In this document: piece after piece, positions 29,477 to 37,843 of the stretch
How the letters are laid out: every line of letters begins with the position of its first letter
Position numbering within the stretch: position 1 is the first letter of the stretch
Assembly (NCBI GenBank): GCA_023265025.1
Contig: JAHFUP010000016.1
Span: forward strand, 4,754 to 68,753
Length of the DNA: 64,000 nt
Direction of reading: 5' to 3'
From: Acidimicrobiia bacterium
Lineage (GTDB): Bacteria; Actinomycetota; Acidimicrobiia; Acidimicrobiales; AC-14
Made by a program: the position numbers and the translations under genes
Notes under the pieces: generated by a model
Told to the model about the DNA's origin: nothing
The model's input: the letters and a program-made list of their open reading frames with translations, nothing else
Database searches by the model: none

Positions 29477-29669
29477 CACGATGGGCGTCTCGCCGTCGCA
29501 GACGTTCTGGGCCACGTCCGGTGCGAGCACACGACGACCGGATCGCCGACCAGGACCGGGCTCACCCGGCGTGTGTCGTGCCGGATGTCAGCCGTTCCGG
29601 TTGCCGGTCTGTTGACGCGTACACCGGCGGGAGGGAGAATTCCTTGTCTCGAAAAAGGGGGGCCGGTCG

Positions 29670-30272
29670 ATGGCGTGGAACCTGACGGGAAGTTACGTCG
29701 AGACCTGTTCGTGCGAGCTGATGTGCCCGTGCAACCTCTCGCTCGACCACGGTGCCACCTACGACTTCTGTCGCGTGACGCTCGTGTTCAACATCCGCGA
29801 GGGACAGATCGACGGCACCGACATCGCCGGGATGAAGGTCGCAGCGATCGCGGACACACCGAAGGTGATGACCGAGGGGAACTGGAGGCTCGGGGTGTTC
29901 ATCGACGCCCGGGCGACCGACGATCAGTTCGACAAGCTCGTGCAGGTCTTCAGCGGGCAGCTCGGCGGACCGATGGCAGCACTGACGCCGTTGGTGGGTG
30001 AGGTGCTCGGCGCCGAAAGGGCCACCATCGAGGTCGTGGACGACGGGCTGCGCCACAGCGTCCGCATCGGCGACGCCATCGATTTCGAGATCGAGGACAT
30101 CGTTCCCTTCGGTGTCGAGTCGGGCCAACCGGTGCGGTTCGACGGAATGTTCCATCCGGTCGGCTCGAACCTCACGATGGCGGAGTCGAAGCGGTCGAAC
30201 ATCAACGCCTTCGGCATCGAGTACGAGGGTAAGTCCGGGCTCTCCACGGCCGAGTTCTCCTGGGCCGCCTGA
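29670..30272 (+). CDS. DUF1326 family protein
   Basis: MAWNLTGSYVETCSCELMCPCN N-terminal signature. Paired with a downstream DUF2182-like membrane protein. Confidence 0.75.
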   Translation: MAWNLTGSYVETCSCELMCPCNLSLDHGATYDFCRVTLVFNIREGQIDGTDIAGMKVAAIADTPKVMTEGNWRLGVFIDARATDDQFDKLVQVFSGQLGGPMAALTPLVGEVLGAERATIEVVDDGLRHSVRIGDAIDFEIEDIVPFGVESGQPVRFDGMFHPVGSNLTMAESKRSNINAFGIEYEGKSGLSTAEFSWAA

Positions 30273-30276
30273 CGCC

Positions 30277-31107
30277 GTGAGCGTCACGGCGGAGGCAAAC
30301 CTTCCATCGACCGGAGGGCTCCGCCCCGCGTTCTCCGCAGCACGCGCCCGGCTCGGGCTTGTCGCGCTGCTGTTCGCCGTCGCCGCTTCGGGCTGGTGGT
30401 GGACCGGCGATCAGATGCGGGGGATGGACAACGGTCCGTGGACGGGTCTCGGCTCCTTCGGCTGGTTCCTGGGTGTCTGGATCGTGATGATGGCGGCGAT
30501 GATGTTCCCGTCGGTCTCGCCGACGGTCGCTCTGTACTCCCGCATGACGAAGCAGCGTTCGCCGCTGTCGCCTCTGCTGTTCACGTCCGGCTACCTCCTC
30601 ACGTGGGCGGCCGCCGGGGTAGTCGCGTTCGCGATCGGCGCCGCACTCAACTCGATCGCAGATGGTCTGTTCGCGTGGGACCGAGCGGGCCGGTGGACCG
30701 CGGGGGGCACCCTCGTCGGCGCCGCGGTCTACGAGCTCACGCCGCTCAAGGATGTCTGCCTCGGGAAGTGCCGCAGCCCACTCGGCTTCCTGCTGGGCTC
30801 GTGGCGCGACGGTCTGTCGGGCGCGCTGCGGATGGGAGCGAAGAACGGTGCGTGGTGCGTCGGCTGCTGCTGGGCGTTGATGGCCGCGCTGTTCGCGTTG
30901 GGCATCATGAGCGTCGTGTGGATGGCCGTGATCGCCGGGCTCATCGCCTTCGAAAAGACGGTCCCGTGGCGCCGGGTCGCATCATACGGAACCGCCGCGG
31001 TCCTGCTGGCCCTCGGGCTGCTGGTGCTGGGCGCACCTCGGGCCATCCCGGGTCTTACGACTCCGAGCGACGCCCCGATGGAGCAGATGTCGCCGATGGG
31101 TTCGTAG
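30277..31107 (+). CDS. DUF2182 family metal-binding membrane protein
   Basis: GTG 30277, 4 nt after the upstream stop. ..VWIVMMAAMMFPS.. and ..AWCVGCCWALMAALFALG.. are typical of DUF2182. Confidence 0.7.
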   Translation: MSVTAEANLPSTGGLRPAFSAARARLGLVALLFAVAASGWWWTGDQMRGMDNGPWTGLGSFGWFLGVWIVMMAAMMFPSVSPTVALYSRMTKQRSPLSPLLFTSGYLLTWAAAGVVAFAIGAALNSIADGLFAWDRAGRWTAGGTLVGAAVYELTPLKDVCLGKCRSPLGFLLGSWRDGLSGALRMGAKNGAWCVGCCWALMAALFALGIMSVVWMAVIAGLIAFEKTVPWRRVASYGTAAVLLALGLLVLGAPRAIPGLTTPSDAPMEQMSPMGS

Positions 31108-31253
31108 CGGCCGGCACGGGATGCGAGGTTCGTTGCGAGCCCGCACCGGTTCGACCACTCCGATAACGAGCGGCTCGACCCGGCTCGAAGGGTCGCGGTG
31201 GCACTTCTTGGCCGGGTTGGTCGACACGCGACCCTCTCGTCAGGGTGGGCCAA

Positions 31254-32231
31254 TCAGGGCGAGGGGCGCCGCGAGGCTCGTTCCGCCCGGCGTGCGCGCC
31301 GGTACGGTCCCGCCGCCGCGGCCAGGCGTGAGCCGGCGTAGAACCAGCGCACCACGAACGCCAGCGGGAGGGTGGCCCGCCGGGCGGCCATGGAGTTGGT
31401 CCACGGCTGTGTCAGTAGCTCGTCACGCGTCGGGAAGGCCATCCGGAGCAGGGCCGCCAGCCTGGCGCCGGCGCTCATCTCGCGTGCGCGTGCCAGGACG
31501 GCGGCGTGGAAGCTTCCGTCCGCCTGAAGACGCACTGACGCCCGAGTCGGCGGCGCCAGTCCCAGCTCGTCGCAAAGTCGGGCGCCGCCGGGATGGAGGC
31601 GGAGCCCAGCGGAGAACGCCTCCCGGGCGCCGAGCTGATCCGCCACGTCGAGTGCCTCGCGCCACAGGTCGCGATCGGCCACCGACACGGCGCGCGCGAG
31701 GTCGGCGAGGACCTTCGGTGCCTTTGGGTCGTGGGCGGCGTGGAGGGTCACGATGGCGAACGTCGTCGCCCGGTCGGGAATCCGGGCGCGACCGGACCCG
31801 ACCACTGCGGCCTCACTCCGATCGAACAGCAACGTCCAGCCGTCGGCGTCGTCGGCGCGTGTGCCGGGGACCCGCCGGTGGAGATCGACGCTGACGCCCT
31901 TCGTGTTGCGGTAGGCGAGAGCGTGGTACCCGTCCGCGAAGCGAACGTCCAATCCGATGAATCCCAGCTGCGCGAGTGTGCGAACGGCGGCCGGCCAGGC
32001 CGCGGGTGCGACGAGGAGGTCGATGTCGGCGTAGGCCCGGTCGTCGCCCCCGTAGAGGTTGCGGCGCGTGGCGGGGCCTTTCAGCAGGATGCTCTCGACG
32101 CCGGCATCGGCGAGCTTCCGCACGACTCGGGCGGCCGCCAAGTCGAGCAGAGCCGGCTGCTGCCGCGGGTCGACCACCGGGTTCACAGGTTCACGGGTCG
32201 GCACCGAAGGCGACGAGGGGCGTGAAGTCAT
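31254..32231 (-). CDS. Lasso-cluster-associated nucleotidyltransferase (NTP_transf_5 / PF14907-like)
   Basis: ..SILLKGPATRRNLYGGDDRAYADIDLLVAP..LAQLGF.. Overlaps or abuts the B2 gene on the same strand. The start is uncertain (32231, 32204 or 32186). Confidence 0.7.
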   Translation of the reverse strand: MTSRPSSPSVPTREPVNPVVDPRQQPALLDLAAARVVRKLADAGVESILLKGPATRRNLYGGDDRAYADIDLLVAPAAWPAAVRTLAQLGFIGLDVRFADGYHALAYRNTKGVSVDLHRRVPGTRADDADGWTLLFDRSEAAVVGSGRARIPDRATTFAIVTLHAAHDPKAPKVLADLARAVSVADRDLWREALDVADQLGAREAFSAGLRLHPGGARLCDELGLAPPTRASVRLQADGSFHAAVLARAREMSAGARLAALLRMAFPTRDELLTQPWTNSMAARRATLPLAFVVRWFYAGSRLAAAAGPYRRARRAERASRRPSP

Positions 32232-32637
32232 CGACGGTGCCCCCGCCGCCGATGACGTCGTCGGTGCCGCAGGAGGTCCAGGCGTGGGCCGTCATCGTCG
32301 GGCCGTCCTTGTGGACACCGAGGTGCAGGACGCCGGGAAGGCGGCGGCGGCGAAGCATCCACTGCGCCGCGATGGCCTCAGTAAGGCACGCCGTCCTCCA
32401 GGGGACAGCATTCGATGCTGCCCGGACGGCGCCGCCGATCCGGACCGGGCGGCCGCCGTTCACCCGAGCTTCGGACGCCCCATCGGTCGCCGAGCCGAGA
32501 TGTGGCGCCAGGCGGCGGAACGGCACCCACCGCACCGCCGCCCGGGCCACGGCTAGCAGGACAACGGCCTCCGCGATCAGGAGTCGATCCCTCCAACCCA
32601 GCCGCCAAAACGCGGCCACACGACGACCGGCTCGCAC
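32191..32637 (-). CDS. Lasso peptide biosynthesis B2 protein (transglutaminase-like leader peptidase)
   Basis: 148 aa. ..PWRTACLTEAIAAQWMLRRRRLPGVLHLGVHKDGPTMTAHAWTSCG.. carries the Cys/His catalytic pattern of McjB-type B2 proteins. Confidence 0.8.
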   Translation of the reverse strand: MRAGRRVAAFWRLGWRDRLLIAEAVVLLAVARAAVRWVPFRRLAPHLGSATDGASEARVNGGRPVRIGGAVRAASNAVPWRTACLTEAIAAQWMLRRRRLPGVLHLGVHKDGPTMTAHAWTSCGTDDVIGGGGTVDDFTPLVAFGADP

Positions 32638-32662
32638 GGTCGAACAGTACTGTCGGCGCCCG

Positions 32663-33688
32663 ATGGGCGAGAAGCAGTCGGCCTACCGTGTCTACGGGCT
32701 CGAGGTGGCGTCGGACTACGAGCTCCCAGAGTTGATGGCGGGGCCTGGCCGGCCCGACCTGACAATCCACCGGGCTTCCGTCGCCGAGCCGCTCGCCAGC
32801 CCCGTCGTCGACGGGCCCCACGTGCAAGCCGCACCGGGCCGGTTTCGGTTGCGGGTGCCCGGGGTGGCCACGTTCCTGGCCACTGGTGGCAACGATGTGG
32901 CCGTGGCGACCGAGCTGGGCGCCAAGCCCGAGGAAGTGCGCGTCTTCCTGTACGGGTCGGTGCTGGGCGCCATCCTCCATCAGCGGGGCGTGCTCCCGCT
33001 CCACGCGAGCGCCGTCTCCGACGGAGCGCAGGCCATCCTGTTCGCCGGCCACTCCGGTCACGGGAAGTCCACGCTGGCCGCCGCCTTCCTCGAGCACGGG
33101 TACCGGCTCATGGCCGACGACGTCACCGCCGTGCGGGGTGCCGTCGCGGCGCCCGCCTACCCGCACATCAAGCTGTTCGCCGCCAACGGCTCGCTCGACA
33201 AGCAATGGCGGGCTGTCGGCGACGAGCGGTTCCTGGGCGAGCCGCGCCCCGTCACGCACGTCTACGTGCTCCTTCCCGACCAGCGCGGCGAAGTCGCGCT
33301 GGAGGAGGCGGCGTCGGGCTCCGCCCGCCTGGACCTGCTCATCGAACACACGTACCGCAGCGGGTTCCTGGCCGGCCTCGGGGTGAGGGAGGTTCACTTT
33401 CGGGCCTGTGCCACGCTCGCCCGCCAGGCACGGGTGACAGCTGTCCGGCGGCCGGCGGCCGGCTGCCCCGTCGACGAGCTACGACAGCGCATCGCCGACC
33501 ACCTCGCGGGGCTCCAGCTGGGCTGGAAAACCTCCAGCTCGGGGCCTGGCGAGACGCCACTCGCGGTCGACGCCACTGCCAGCTCGATACGTGTCGGCTT
33601 CGACCACGTCCGCTTGCCGGCCTCACCCTGCTTTTCCGGCTCCATGGGGGAGCAGTGTAGCCAGCCCGTTCCTTGCGACACCTGGTGA
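32663..33688 (+). CDS. HPr-kinase-like serine kinase associated with lasso peptide clusters
   Basis: ATG 32663, 25 nt from the divergent B2 start. P-loop GHSGHGKSTLAAAF preceded by ..GVLPLHASAV.. The last ~55 codons lie beyond the recognisable domain. Confidence 0.7.
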   Translation: MGEKQSAYRVYGLEVASDYELPELMAGPGRPDLTIHRASVAEPLASPVVDGPHVQAAPGRFRLRVPGVATFLATGGNDVAVATELGAKPEEVRVFLYGSVLGAILHQRGVLPLHASAVSDGAQAILFAGHSGHGKSTLAAAFLEHGYRLMADDVTAVRGAVAAPAYPHIKLFAANGSLDKQWRAVGDERFLGEPRPVTHVYVLLPDQRGEVALEEAASGSARLDLLIEHTYRSGFLAGLGVREVHFRACATLARQARVTAVRRPAAGCPVDELRQRIADHLAGLQLGWKTSSSGPGETPLAVDATASSIRVGFDHVRLPASPCFSGSMGEQCSQPVPCDTW

Positions 33689-33737
33689 TGCGAACCGACG
33701 GGCGCGCTTTCGATCCGCATGGCGCGATCATCTCGGC

Positions 33738-35570
33738 GTGCTCATCTCCGGTGCCGTGGGCGCTCTCGGCGCTCCAGCCGCAGCCAGCGCGACCACGGAC
33801 TTCCGGTGGACCGGCGACTGCGCCTCCCTCGAGGCCACGACAGTGGGCACCAGCCAAGGGTCGGTCGCCGTCGTGGCCGACGTGCGGCTCGACAACCGCG
33901 CGGAGCTGTGCGCCGGCCTCAGCCTCGATCGCGGGGCCGACGACGCCTCGATCCTGCTGGCCGCGTGGCGGCGGTGGGACCTGTCCTGCAGCGAGTGGCT
34001 GCGCGGCGACTTCGCCTTTGCGGTCTGGGACGACCACACCGGCCGGCTGTACTGCGGACGGGACCTTGTCGGCGTGAAACCCCTCTACTACTGGACCGGC
34101 CCCCAAGGCGCATTCGCCTTCGCCTCCCAGCTCGCCCCCCTCCTCGCGTGTGGGGCGATCGAGCGCCGCCTGGACACGGCCGCGGCCATCGAGCGCCTCC
34201 TGTTCCTGCAGCACGACACCGGCCGGACGCTGTTCGCCGGGATACGCCGGCTGCCTCCCGGCCACGCCTTGGTGGTGCGGCCCGGCGGCCGTCCGCACAT
34301 CTGGCGCCACACCCGGCTCGAGGTCGGCGACGTCGGCTCGTCCAGCCCCGAAGAGGGCGCGGCCCGCCTCCGTGACGCCGTGGTGAGGGCCGTGGCCGAC
34401 CGGCTCCCGTCGGACGGACTGGTGGGCGCGCACGTCTCCGGCGGCCTGGACAGCTCCTCGGTGGCCGGCGTGGCCGCGTCGCTCCTGCCGGCCGGCCGGC
34501 TGGTTCCGATGACGTTCTCGGCGACGCGCAGCCGGGCGGCCGAGGGCGAGGCACCGGTCGACGCCAGGTTCCTGGACGACGTGGCCGGCCAACTTGCCGT
34601 ACCCATCCATCAGCCGCCCGCCGACCTCCTGCCGTTTCCCGCTGCGCTCGAGCGGGCGGCGCCGGGGATGATGCCCCCGCCATACGCCACGTCCTCGGCC
34701 AACCGGTGGGCCGGTGAAGCCGGCGTCCGGTCCGTGTTGACCGGGTGGGGCGGCGACGAGGCTGCTTCCTTCAGCGGCCGGACCCTCCTGTCGGAGGCGG
34801 TACGGCGCGGCAAACTCGGTCGCGTCGTTCCCGCCGCTCGCGCCCTCAACCCGGGACGCTCATTTTCGGCGGGGTCCCTGGTCGGCTCGGTGGTCGAGCC
34901 GCTCCTTCCCGACCGGCTGTACTGGTGGGCGCGGTTCGCCCAAGGAGACCCGTGGATCGGCCGGCTGCGGACGACAGTCGCCAACGAAAGGACGGGGCGA
35001 GATGCAGGGCTGCTCGAGGCGCTCCACCACCCGTGGCGAACGCGAGCGACGGCGCGCGGTACCCAGCTCTCTCGGCTGCGCAGCGGGCACCTCGTCGCCC
35101 GGATGGAGAGCTGGTCGGCCGACGCCTCCCGGTTCGGCGTCGACTACCACTACCCGCTGCTCGACCGGCGGGTGCTCGAGGTGGCGCTGGGCGCGCCGTG
35201 GGACTCGTTTCTGCGTGAGGGCTCCGGGCGCTGGCTGCTCCGGACGGCGATGGCGCCGTATCTCCCGCCGTCGCTTGCCTCCAGGCAGGACAAGGAGGAC
35301 GGCTGGGGGCAGCGGGGCGACGTCGCCTTTGGAGCGGGGGCGGGGGTCGGTTTCGATCCCTCCTGGGTGCGGGCCGAGGCCGAACGTCTGCTCCGCGAGG
35401 GCAACGACCTCGGCGGCGCCGTCGACCTGCGCAAGCTGCGCGCCCGGCTGGCCGGCTCGGCGCCCCGGCGGTTCGCCACGTCGCCCGTCGCCAACATCGT
35501 GCCCCTTCTCCTCGTCGCCCCCGCCGCCCAACTGGCCGCCTTCGTCCGCCACCATCGCATGGCCACATGA
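33738..35570 (+). CDS. Lasso peptide lactam synthetase (asparagine synthetase B homologue, C protein)
   Basis: ..VADVRLDNRAEL..GDFAFAVWD..GRDLVGVKPLYYW.. and PP-loop VSGGLDSSSVAG. GTG 33738 is preferred over the ORF-track start 33591, which overlaps the kinase gene. Confidence 0.8.
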   Translation: MLISGAVGALGAPAAASATTDFRWTGDCASLEATTVGTSQGSVAVVADVRLDNRAELCAGLSLDRGADDASILLAAWRRWDLSCSEWLRGDFAFAVWDDHTGRLYCGRDLVGVKPLYYWTGPQGAFAFASQLAPLLACGAIERRLDTAAAIERLLFLQHDTGRTLFAGIRRLPPGHALVVRPGGRPHIWRHTRLEVGDVGSSSPEEGAARLRDAVVRAVADRLPSDGLVGAHVSGGLDSSSVAGVAASLLPAGRLVPMTFSATRSRAAEGEAPVDARFLDDVAGQLAVPIHQPPADLLPFPAALERAAPGMMPPPYATSSANRWAGEAGVRSVLTGWGGDEAASFSGRTLLSEAVRRGKLGRVVPAARALNPGRSFSAGSLVGSVVEPLLPDRLYWWARFAQGDPWIGRLRTTVANERTGRDAGLLEALHHPWRTRATARGTQLSRLRSGHLVARMESWSADASRFGVDYHYPLLDRRVLEVALGAPWDSFLREGSGRWLLRTAMAPYLPPSLASRQDKEDGWGQRGDVAFGAGAGVGFDPSWVRAEAERLLREGNDLGGAVDLRKLRARLAGSAPRRFATSPVANIVPLLLVAPAAQLAAFVRHHRMAT

Positions 35571-35875
35571 CTGACCTACCGAAACGCATGCCACTCTCTC
35601 CCGCGACGGTCGTCGCACGCCATCCCGACATGCTCTTCGAGCAGGTCTCAGAGGAGGTCGTCATGCTGTCGATCGCCACGGGCAAGTACTTCGGCCTGGA
35701 CCCGGTCGGCGCCGAGATCTGGCAGCTCCTGTCGGAGCCCCGCTCCATCGGGGACCTCTCCGCGGCGCTGATCGACACCTTCGACGTCGACGCAGACACC
35801 TGCCTGCGCGATGTGACCGAGTTCCTGACCACCTTGATCAGCGACGGGTCAGTGGTGGTCAGTCCGGCGTCATAA
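35567..35875 (+). CDS. PqqD-family RiPP recognition element (lasso B1 protein)
   Basis: 102 aa. ..DMLFEQVSEEVVMLSIATGKYFGLDPVGAEIWQLL.. is PqqD-like. ATGA overlap with the C gene. Confidence 0.8.
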   Translation: MTDLPKRMPLSPATVVARHPDMLFEQVSEEVVMLSIATGKYFGLDPVGAEIWQLLSEPRSIGDLSAALIDTFDVDADTCLRDVTEFLTTLISDGSVVVSPAS

Positions 35876-35995
35876 CCGGCGGGCGACTGGTGCTCGACCG
35901 CGAGCCAGATACGACGTTCAGGTCGCCGTCCCACCGGTCGATAACTCCTTTAGGCATAGGCGACGCTTGACGCAAGAGCGTCCTGACGGGAGGAG

Positions 35996-36451
35996 ATGGC
36001 GGTGTCTGACAACACGACCCTCGACAGCAGTTGGCGCACGCGACGCCTCGTGGCGTCCGCGCTAGGCGCGACGTGGCTGTTGCTCGCGGGCACCGCGTGC
36101 GGGCCGAAGTCCGAATCGCCGAGCGCGGCAAACGCCGCCGCCTCGGCCGGGGCGCCCACCCTCGCCCCGAGGACCGACCCCTCCGCCGACCAGGTAGCCC
36201 TCGCGATCGCCGCGGTCAAGGAGCGCATCCAGACGCCCTTCCTCCCGAGCGAAGGCCACGTCCGCGCCTTCGGGGACGCCGCCTGCTCCGCGTTCGACCA
36301 GGGCAAGACTGCTCCGCAGGTGAGGGGGCTGGTGTTGCAAGCGGCCTCGCAGCTTCCCTCGGCCACCGTCTCCGCGGCCGACGCCGACTTCGCGGTCGGG
36401 ACTGCGGTGAACCTGTTCTGCCCTGCCTATTCCACCAAATTGGTCCGGTAG
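35996..36451 (+). CDS. DUF732-like lipoprotein
   Basis: GGGAGGAG precedes the ATG. Lipobox LLAGTACG. Cys pair ..GDAACSAFDQGKT..AVNLFCP. Confidence 0.6.
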   Translation: MAVSDNTTLDSSWRTRRLVASALGATWLLLAGTACGPKSESPSAANAAASAGAPTLAPRTDPSADQVALAIAAVKERIQTPFLPSEGHVRAFGDAACSAFDQGKTAPQVRGLVLQAASQLPSATVSAADADFAVGTAVNLFCPAYSTKLVR

Positions 36452-36476
36452 GACCGTCCGGGGAGGAGCTTGCGAC

Positions 36477-37589
36477 ATGTCTCAGATCCTTGACCTGCCC
36501 GTAGCGACGGAGAAGCGACCGACGCCCGTCACGCCGGGCCGACGTCGCCTCACGTGGCGCGAGTGCGTGATCAGCGACCTGTTCGGCGCATGGGTGATCA
36601 TCGGGCTCTTCATCGACGGCTGGGCCCACAACCACCAGAAGCCCGAGACGATCGCCACCCCGTGGCACGGGATCCTCTACTCGGGCTTCGCCCTCGCCGC
36701 GTGCTGGGCCGTGAGCGTCGCCCGCAGGGACCAGCGGCGGGGACAGAGCATCTGGCAGTCGGCACCGGTCGGTCACTCCCTGACGCTCGTCGGGATGATC
36801 GTGTTCGCCATCGGTGGCACGAGCGACATGGTCTGGCACGCAGTGTTCGGGGTGGAGGTGAGCCTCGCCGCCCTCTTAAGCCCGACCCACCTGCTCATGT
36901 TGATAGGTGCCCTCCTGGTCATGACCGGACCGTTCCGGGCCGGATGGGCCGACGGCCGCCAGCAGGCACCGTCGTTGCGGGAATTCCTTCCGACCATCGG
37001 TTCGCTCATCCTGGTCACGGCCCTCGTCGCGTTCTTCCTCCAATACGCAACCCCGTTCCGCCGGGACAACTACGGCACCTGGGTCACGGCCTACACCGAT
37101 CTCGTCACCCGCTTCGCTGGGGCCGGGGCCAGTTACCGCGAGAGCATTCAGATAGTCGGGCTTCTGTCCCTTCTGGTGACCAACCTGATCTACATCGGCG
37201 CGCTGCTCTTCGTCCTGCGGCGGTGGCGGCCGCCGTTCGGCTCGGCCACGCTCCTGTTCTGCTCGGTGACGGCGCTCGTCGGAGGCATCGACGGCTTCGA
37301 CCGGATCGGGCCCCTGCTGGCTGCCCTGCCGGCCGGCCTGATCGGCGACCTCCTCATTCGCCGGCTCAACCCGTCGCCGGAACGGCGTGTGGCGGCCTAC
37401 GCCGTCGCCGCCATCACGTCGCTGTCGCTGTGGGCGGCCTTCTTCGTGGCCTACCAGTTGGTGTACGGCATCGGATGGACGCCTGAGCTGTGGGCCGGCG
37501 CGCTCGTGATGGCGATGATGTCGGCGACGGCGCTGAGCCTGCTCGCCTTCCCGCCCGCGCTCCCCACGGCCGTGCCCGCCGTCGACTAG
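36477..37589 (+). CDS. Polytopic membrane protein of unknown function
   Basis: 370 aa with 8 or more hydrophobic segments. GGGGAGGAG precedes the ATG. Not an ABC or MFS signature that I recognise. Confidence 0.65.
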   Translation: MSQILDLPVATEKRPTPVTPGRRRLTWRECVISDLFGAWVIIGLFIDGWAHNHQKPETIATPWHGILYSGFALAACWAVSVARRDQRRGQSIWQSAPVGHSLTLVGMIVFAIGGTSDMVWHAVFGVEVSLAALLSPTHLLMLIGALLVMTGPFRAGWADGRQQAPSLREFLPTIGSLILVTALVAFFLQYATPFRRDNYGTWVTAYTDLVTRFAGAGASYRESIQIVGLLSLLVTNLIYIGALLFVLRRWRPPFGSATLLFCSVTALVGGIDGFDRIGPLLAALPAGLIGDLLIRRLNPSPERRVAAYAVAAITSLSLWAAFFVAYQLVYGIGWTPELWAGALVMAMMSATALSLLAFPPALPTAVPAVD

Positions 37590-37843
37590 ATCGACTGCCG
37601 CCAGTGCCGGTCGCCTGAGTCCCGAGACACCTCTGCCAGATTCGGGCGCGGCACGCGGTATGGCAACGAAAGCTCCTTGCGCTGCCACCGCAGCACGCGG
37701 GCGTCAGTGCGCTCAGGGGCGTTCCGCCTACGAGGCGGGTGCGGGCGGGCCGACCTGGGCGGGGGAGGCCGGGGGTAGCATCACACGGCTTTCAGGTCGC
37801 AGGATCGGGGTGTGGTCGTGATGGCGCTAGTGAGCAGTGCGAC

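Noticed and set aside
29481-29615. 44-aa ORF MGVSPSQTFWATS/GASTRRPDRRPG...PVC with Thr at -2 and G1..D8, as a lasso precursor.
   Set aside because: The leader would be only 13 aa and has no recognisable leader motif. The ORF lies in the decayed tail of the Vgb-like fragment and is separated from the cluster by the DUF1326/DUF2182 pair. It is most likely a chance match.
34846-35934. Long antisense or overlapping ORFs in the track (for example 34846..35934, 3229..4131, 19485..20855, 38516..39940, 41677..43227, 42543..44099).
   Set aside because: They lie opposite or out of frame to genes with clear family motifs. Their translations are Arg/Pro/Gly-rich and low-complexity, as expected for stop-poor alternative frames in very GC-rich DNA.
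35859-35957. Minus-strand small ORF MPKGVIDRWDGDLNVVSGSRSSTSRPPVMTPD just after the B1 gene, as a lasso precursor.
   Set aside because: It has no SD before the ATG, no Thr at -2, and no Asp/Glu at position 7-9 of any G/A/S/C-initiated core. It overlaps the B1 3' end on the opposite strand.
37660-37821. 53-aa ORF (..AGAGGPTWAGEAGGSITRLSGRRIGVWS*) as a lasso precursor. GGPTWAGE gives G1..E8 and the C-terminus is Ser, which would suit a C-terminal Ser kinase.
   Set aside because: It has no RBS, poor GC3 for this genome and no Thr at -2. It lies 1.8 kb beyond the cluster, behind two unrelated genes, and overlaps the upstream region of the histidine kinase. It is only worth testing if RODEO scores it.
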